The notes beneath the pieces were generated by a model, which saw only the letters and a list, made by a program, of their open reading frames with translations, searched no databases and had not been told where the DNA came from. 64,000 bases of DNA from the human T2T-CHM13v2.0 reference genome, Homo sapiens. Position 1 is the first letter of the stretch. Each line of letters begins with the position of its first letter. The translations under genes were made by a program, and so were the position numbers. Shown piece after piece: positions 60,312 through 64,000 of the stretch. The stretch lies in NCBI RefSeq assembly GCF_009914755.1, contig NC_060933.1. One strand, given 5' to 3'.

Positions 60312-63296
60312 GTATTATTAGTACTTAATTTAATTATAGATATGTGGGAAATATTTATGTCAGGGCAAAAGTGTGATACATTTTCCCAAACTTATTTATT
60401 ATAGAAATGTGAAGATACGTTTGCATAATACTTTCTAACTTCAGGTTTCTCGTCTCTGATGCGAACCTGATGTTATAGAAAAAACACAGGGTGTTTGTAT
60501 GGTTTCATTTAAATCTGCATACTCAAGAAAGCACTTGGTGTGATGCTTGACCCACACAAGGCATTGATATTAGTAGTTTCCTTCTTCCTGGGCCTATGGG
60601 GGCAACTGGCCCACAGCAGACAGCATTCGAAACTGACTAGAAGCATCTTTATGAGGCCTGGCAGAGGGAATCATACTTTGAGAACTACTGACGTGCAGAC
60701 ATAAATAAAATGTTTATTTTTCAAAGCTCATCAACACTGGTGCTGAGCAAGGTCAGAAGAGTGAGGCTGTCTCTTTGGCATCCTCTCCTTCAGACTTGCC
60801 AATCCTGCCCTAATAGGGCAACTATGGGAAATCAGGAGAGCAAGTGGGTGAAACCACAGATTACTACGTGCCATTCACTTTAGCTGAGTTGAGGTCTTTG
60901 GGGTCCATTTCTTAGCTTTTACTTCAATTAGAATGTAAATGTTTAACTCTTTTTTGTGTTGTGCTTTTACTAGGATACAGTCATAAGTCAGCCACACTTT
61001 CTTTGCCCTGAATGAGCACCTGTTCTCGAGAAAAGATAGGCCTTATAAACCTAGCTATGAGAAACAGCTAAACTACCCCAAAAGGAGGCTGACTTGGACA
61101 GTCGTGAATCACCGAGATCTTGACTTTTGAGCCCATAACCTACTGTGAATTATTTTAATAGCTCGCTTTCATAGTCTGCCATTGATTAAACAAGGCATAT
61201 AAAATTTCTGAGTGCCAGTATCTCTTCAGTTGCAGAGGCATGAAAATTAAGTTTGGAGCTTCACATTAACTTTTAATTATATGATGGGAGGAGAGAACTT
61301 TTGATAAAAATTTTGTTCTTCAGAATTGTGTTTCGCCTATCCAATAGTTAAATGTATTGCTTTCTTCCAAAATGAATTGTTTTCTTTATTTTCTGCTCCA
61401 AACTGAAAAAGTCTTTCATTCAGTCAGCAAATATTTCCTGGGCATTACTGTGTGTTAAGAGTTAGCAAGAAAGAGAGTCTTCTATTTTAGATGAAAATCT
61501 CGCACCCCCACTCCTGGGTCAGCCCCAGTGCCCATGCAAGCTCTGCTGTGGTGATGAAGCGTTCAGGACTTGGTTTGGGCCAGACCGTATGTAGTGTATA
61601 TGAAAGCATTTTCTGGAGGTGAACACAGACCTTTAATCAGGATAGTTTTGCATTTTTTTCCATTCTAGATTTTATTTTAGGACTTTTAGTTATCAAAAAA
61701 ATCAGTTGAATTCTGGAAAAGAATAAAATGAACATTATTTGAATAGTATAATGCCACCCATGCCTGTACTAGACCATTTCACATATATTATTTCATGTGA
61801 TTTTTCACAGTTATCATAGAACATATCTGTAAGGCAGATGATACTATTTCTACAGTCTTTGTTAATCTTGTGAATTCAGTATCACAGATGAGGATGCTAA
61901 AGGTCATGAAGGTTAGAGGGTAAGTGACTTGCTCAGGGTCACGTGGCATGCGTGTGGCAGAGTCAGGGTACAGCACATGTGTTTAACACTTTCCATTATC
62001 CCAAGATTCTTGGCTAACCTCCCTGGAGAGCCTCAGGAAACATCATGATAAGATAGTCATTTTGCTAAGAGCATTTTTGATTAGTGTCAGTTCTGCCCAG
62101 CTTGTCTCCTTCATAAGATTGAATCAAGAGCTACTTTGTTTTATACATGATCTATGGGATATGAAGGACTGTGAATAACAAAGTATTGGTGTATTCATAA
62201 GATAATAAAGAGAAGCCCAGTACCAGAGGGCCCTTGTGGCATAATAGAAACAGCACAGACTCTGGAGTAAGGCAGAACTGGGTATGAACACCCCCTTTGC
62301 CATTTTCTAGCTTTTGGCTCCTAGGTGAGTTATTTCATCTTTCTTGAGCCCCATTATATGTATTGGTGAGGAAGCTCCCTGCTGGGTGCCATTTGAGAGT
62401 TAGAGATAAGACATGTATTACAGTCTCTGTCCCACTGTGTGCATGTAGTAAATATTGGGTAGGTGAATGAATGAGTGAATGGTAGCAATTATTACACTTA
62501 CTTCTATTTTGTTAAAATGTATTTGACTCACTAAAACATAAATCTGAACCCTGTCAGAAATTCATGAAAATCCTTATCTCACTTTTCCCTTGCTCTCTGT
62601 GAGGTAAAGTATTAAAATCTCATGCTTAAATTTTCTCTAGGCATTTGGAGTATTAGAAAAACTTTCCAGTTATCTTCCCTATGTCAAATTTCAGGACTCG
62701 GGGCTTATTGTTAAATCCTACATAGGATGCTAAAAAGATATTTCAAAGAAGTACATATGCCCCATTTACCAGCTTTCAAGCACCTTTATTTTATTTTTGC
62801 AGACTTCGAAGCTCAAAGCTTTTCCTTTTCCTTAGACCCCAGGTTAATGTATAAATGTTCCCTTATTTCTACTTTCTCATCTACCATCTACTTTATTGCA
62901 AAAAAATAGTTCTGTTTTGTTCACCAGAAGGCTGAAAAGGAAGACTCTTGTGAACTGTTTCTGTGGTTTCTGAATAAAGTAGAGAACTTGGATTAACTAA
63001 GCCCTTTCCCTGTGCTATAAGCTTTAACCGACCTTATCTCAGTCAATCAGCCCAACAGCTTGTGAAGCAGGGGATGAGTTTCATAGAGAGAAACTGGGGC
63101 TTACAGAATTCAGTGTCTTAGTCCAGTGTCCAGCCTGGAAGTGGAGAGGCTGGGAGGGGTCCCAGTTCTGCACTCTGGAGCCTGAGTCTTTCACTCTTGT
63201 GGGCAGCGCAAGAATCATGCAGTGTCAAATGGTGCACCTCCCTCTCCTCTCCCTGTCTCTGTCTCTGTCTGTCTGTCTCTTTCTCTTCCTTTTTAG

Positions 63297-63482
63297 AAAG
63301 AGCTTAATTCCCGAGATGGAGCTTGGGAAAGAATATGTGGCGAGAGGGACCCTTTCATCCTATGCAGCTTGATGTGGTCTTGGGTGGAGCAACTGAAGGA
63401 GCCTGTAATCACCAAAGAGGATGTGGACATGTTGGTTGACAGGCGAGCAGATGCCGCAGAAGCACTTTTTTTATTAGAGAAG
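63297..63482 (+). CDS. PTPDC1: PTPDC1 exon (KELNSRDGAWERICGERDPFILCSLMWSWVEQLKEPVITKEDVDMLVDRRADAAEALFLLEK); the gene continues beyond the window
   Basis: Long pyrimidine tract and TAG| acceptor, AAG|GTAAAG donor, phase 0/0. Confidence 0.94.
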
Positions 63483-64000
63483 GTAAAGTGGCTGTAGGAC
63501 CAGTTAATGACTGTAACTGAGGCCCTTAGTTTTTCACGCAGAAAAAAAAAATCCATTATAAAAAAAGAGAATTCACACAGAATCCCAAATCTAGATCTAA
63601 TTTAATAGTTTTTCCAAGAGAAGAGAAGAAACTGATACCCAGTGTAAACACTTAGAAAATACAAAAATAAAAACGGGAACTATCCATAGTCCTGGGAGAG
63701 GCACTGCAAACATTTTCAAACATTTTAAACTTACCAATATGTATATTAACTTGTTAAAAATCATTTTAACATACAAGTTTATATTTCATTTTTGCTTAAA
63801 GTTATAACATAGCTATTTTCCTGTGAATAATGTAAGCTTTTCATAAATATTGACTCAACGGATATGATGCTGTAACACGAGACTGTGCCATAATTAAGCA
63901 CTTTTTCACTGTTGGTTGTTTGTTTCTACTTATTTGCTGTGAGCATGCATATGGGAAAAATTATGAATTAGGTTGGGATATGCACTCATTCGTATTTTTA

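Noticed and set aside
60312-60404. C-terminal extension of ORF 59091-60404
   Set aside because: Read-through past the donor at 60312; the coding frame resumes at 63297.

Overview
This is human/primate genomic DNA covering most of PTPDC1 (protein tyrosine phosphatase domain-containing 1; from memory chr9q22.32) on the + strand. It holds two alternative first coding exons (26475 and 46263) and six shared coding exons, including the catalytic HCHAGLGRT exon. The upstream non-coding exon and the terminal exon lie outside the window. The window opens in the 3' end of a processed cytochrome c pseudogene. The introns are rich in repeats: two full-length antisense L1PA elements with target-site duplications (TSDs), a complete MSTA-type MaLR provirus, solo LTRs, Tigger1/MER DNA transposons, many Alus and old L1M/L2/MIR remnants. 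The most notable observations are: (1) the younger L1 sits about 210 bp upstream of the catalytic exon, and its antisense ORF0 splice donor is in frame with that exon, predicting an ORF0-PTPDC1 fusion and possible gene breaking; (2) the older L1 carries an internal inversion-duplication inside one TSD, plus a fold-back insertion that erased its ORF2 ATG; (3) an RFX X-box/CCAAT module precedes the internal first exon; (4) a TSD-bounded L1 3' transduction and an 18-nt tailless insertion. Repeat subfamily names and boundaries were assigned by eye, not by database search.
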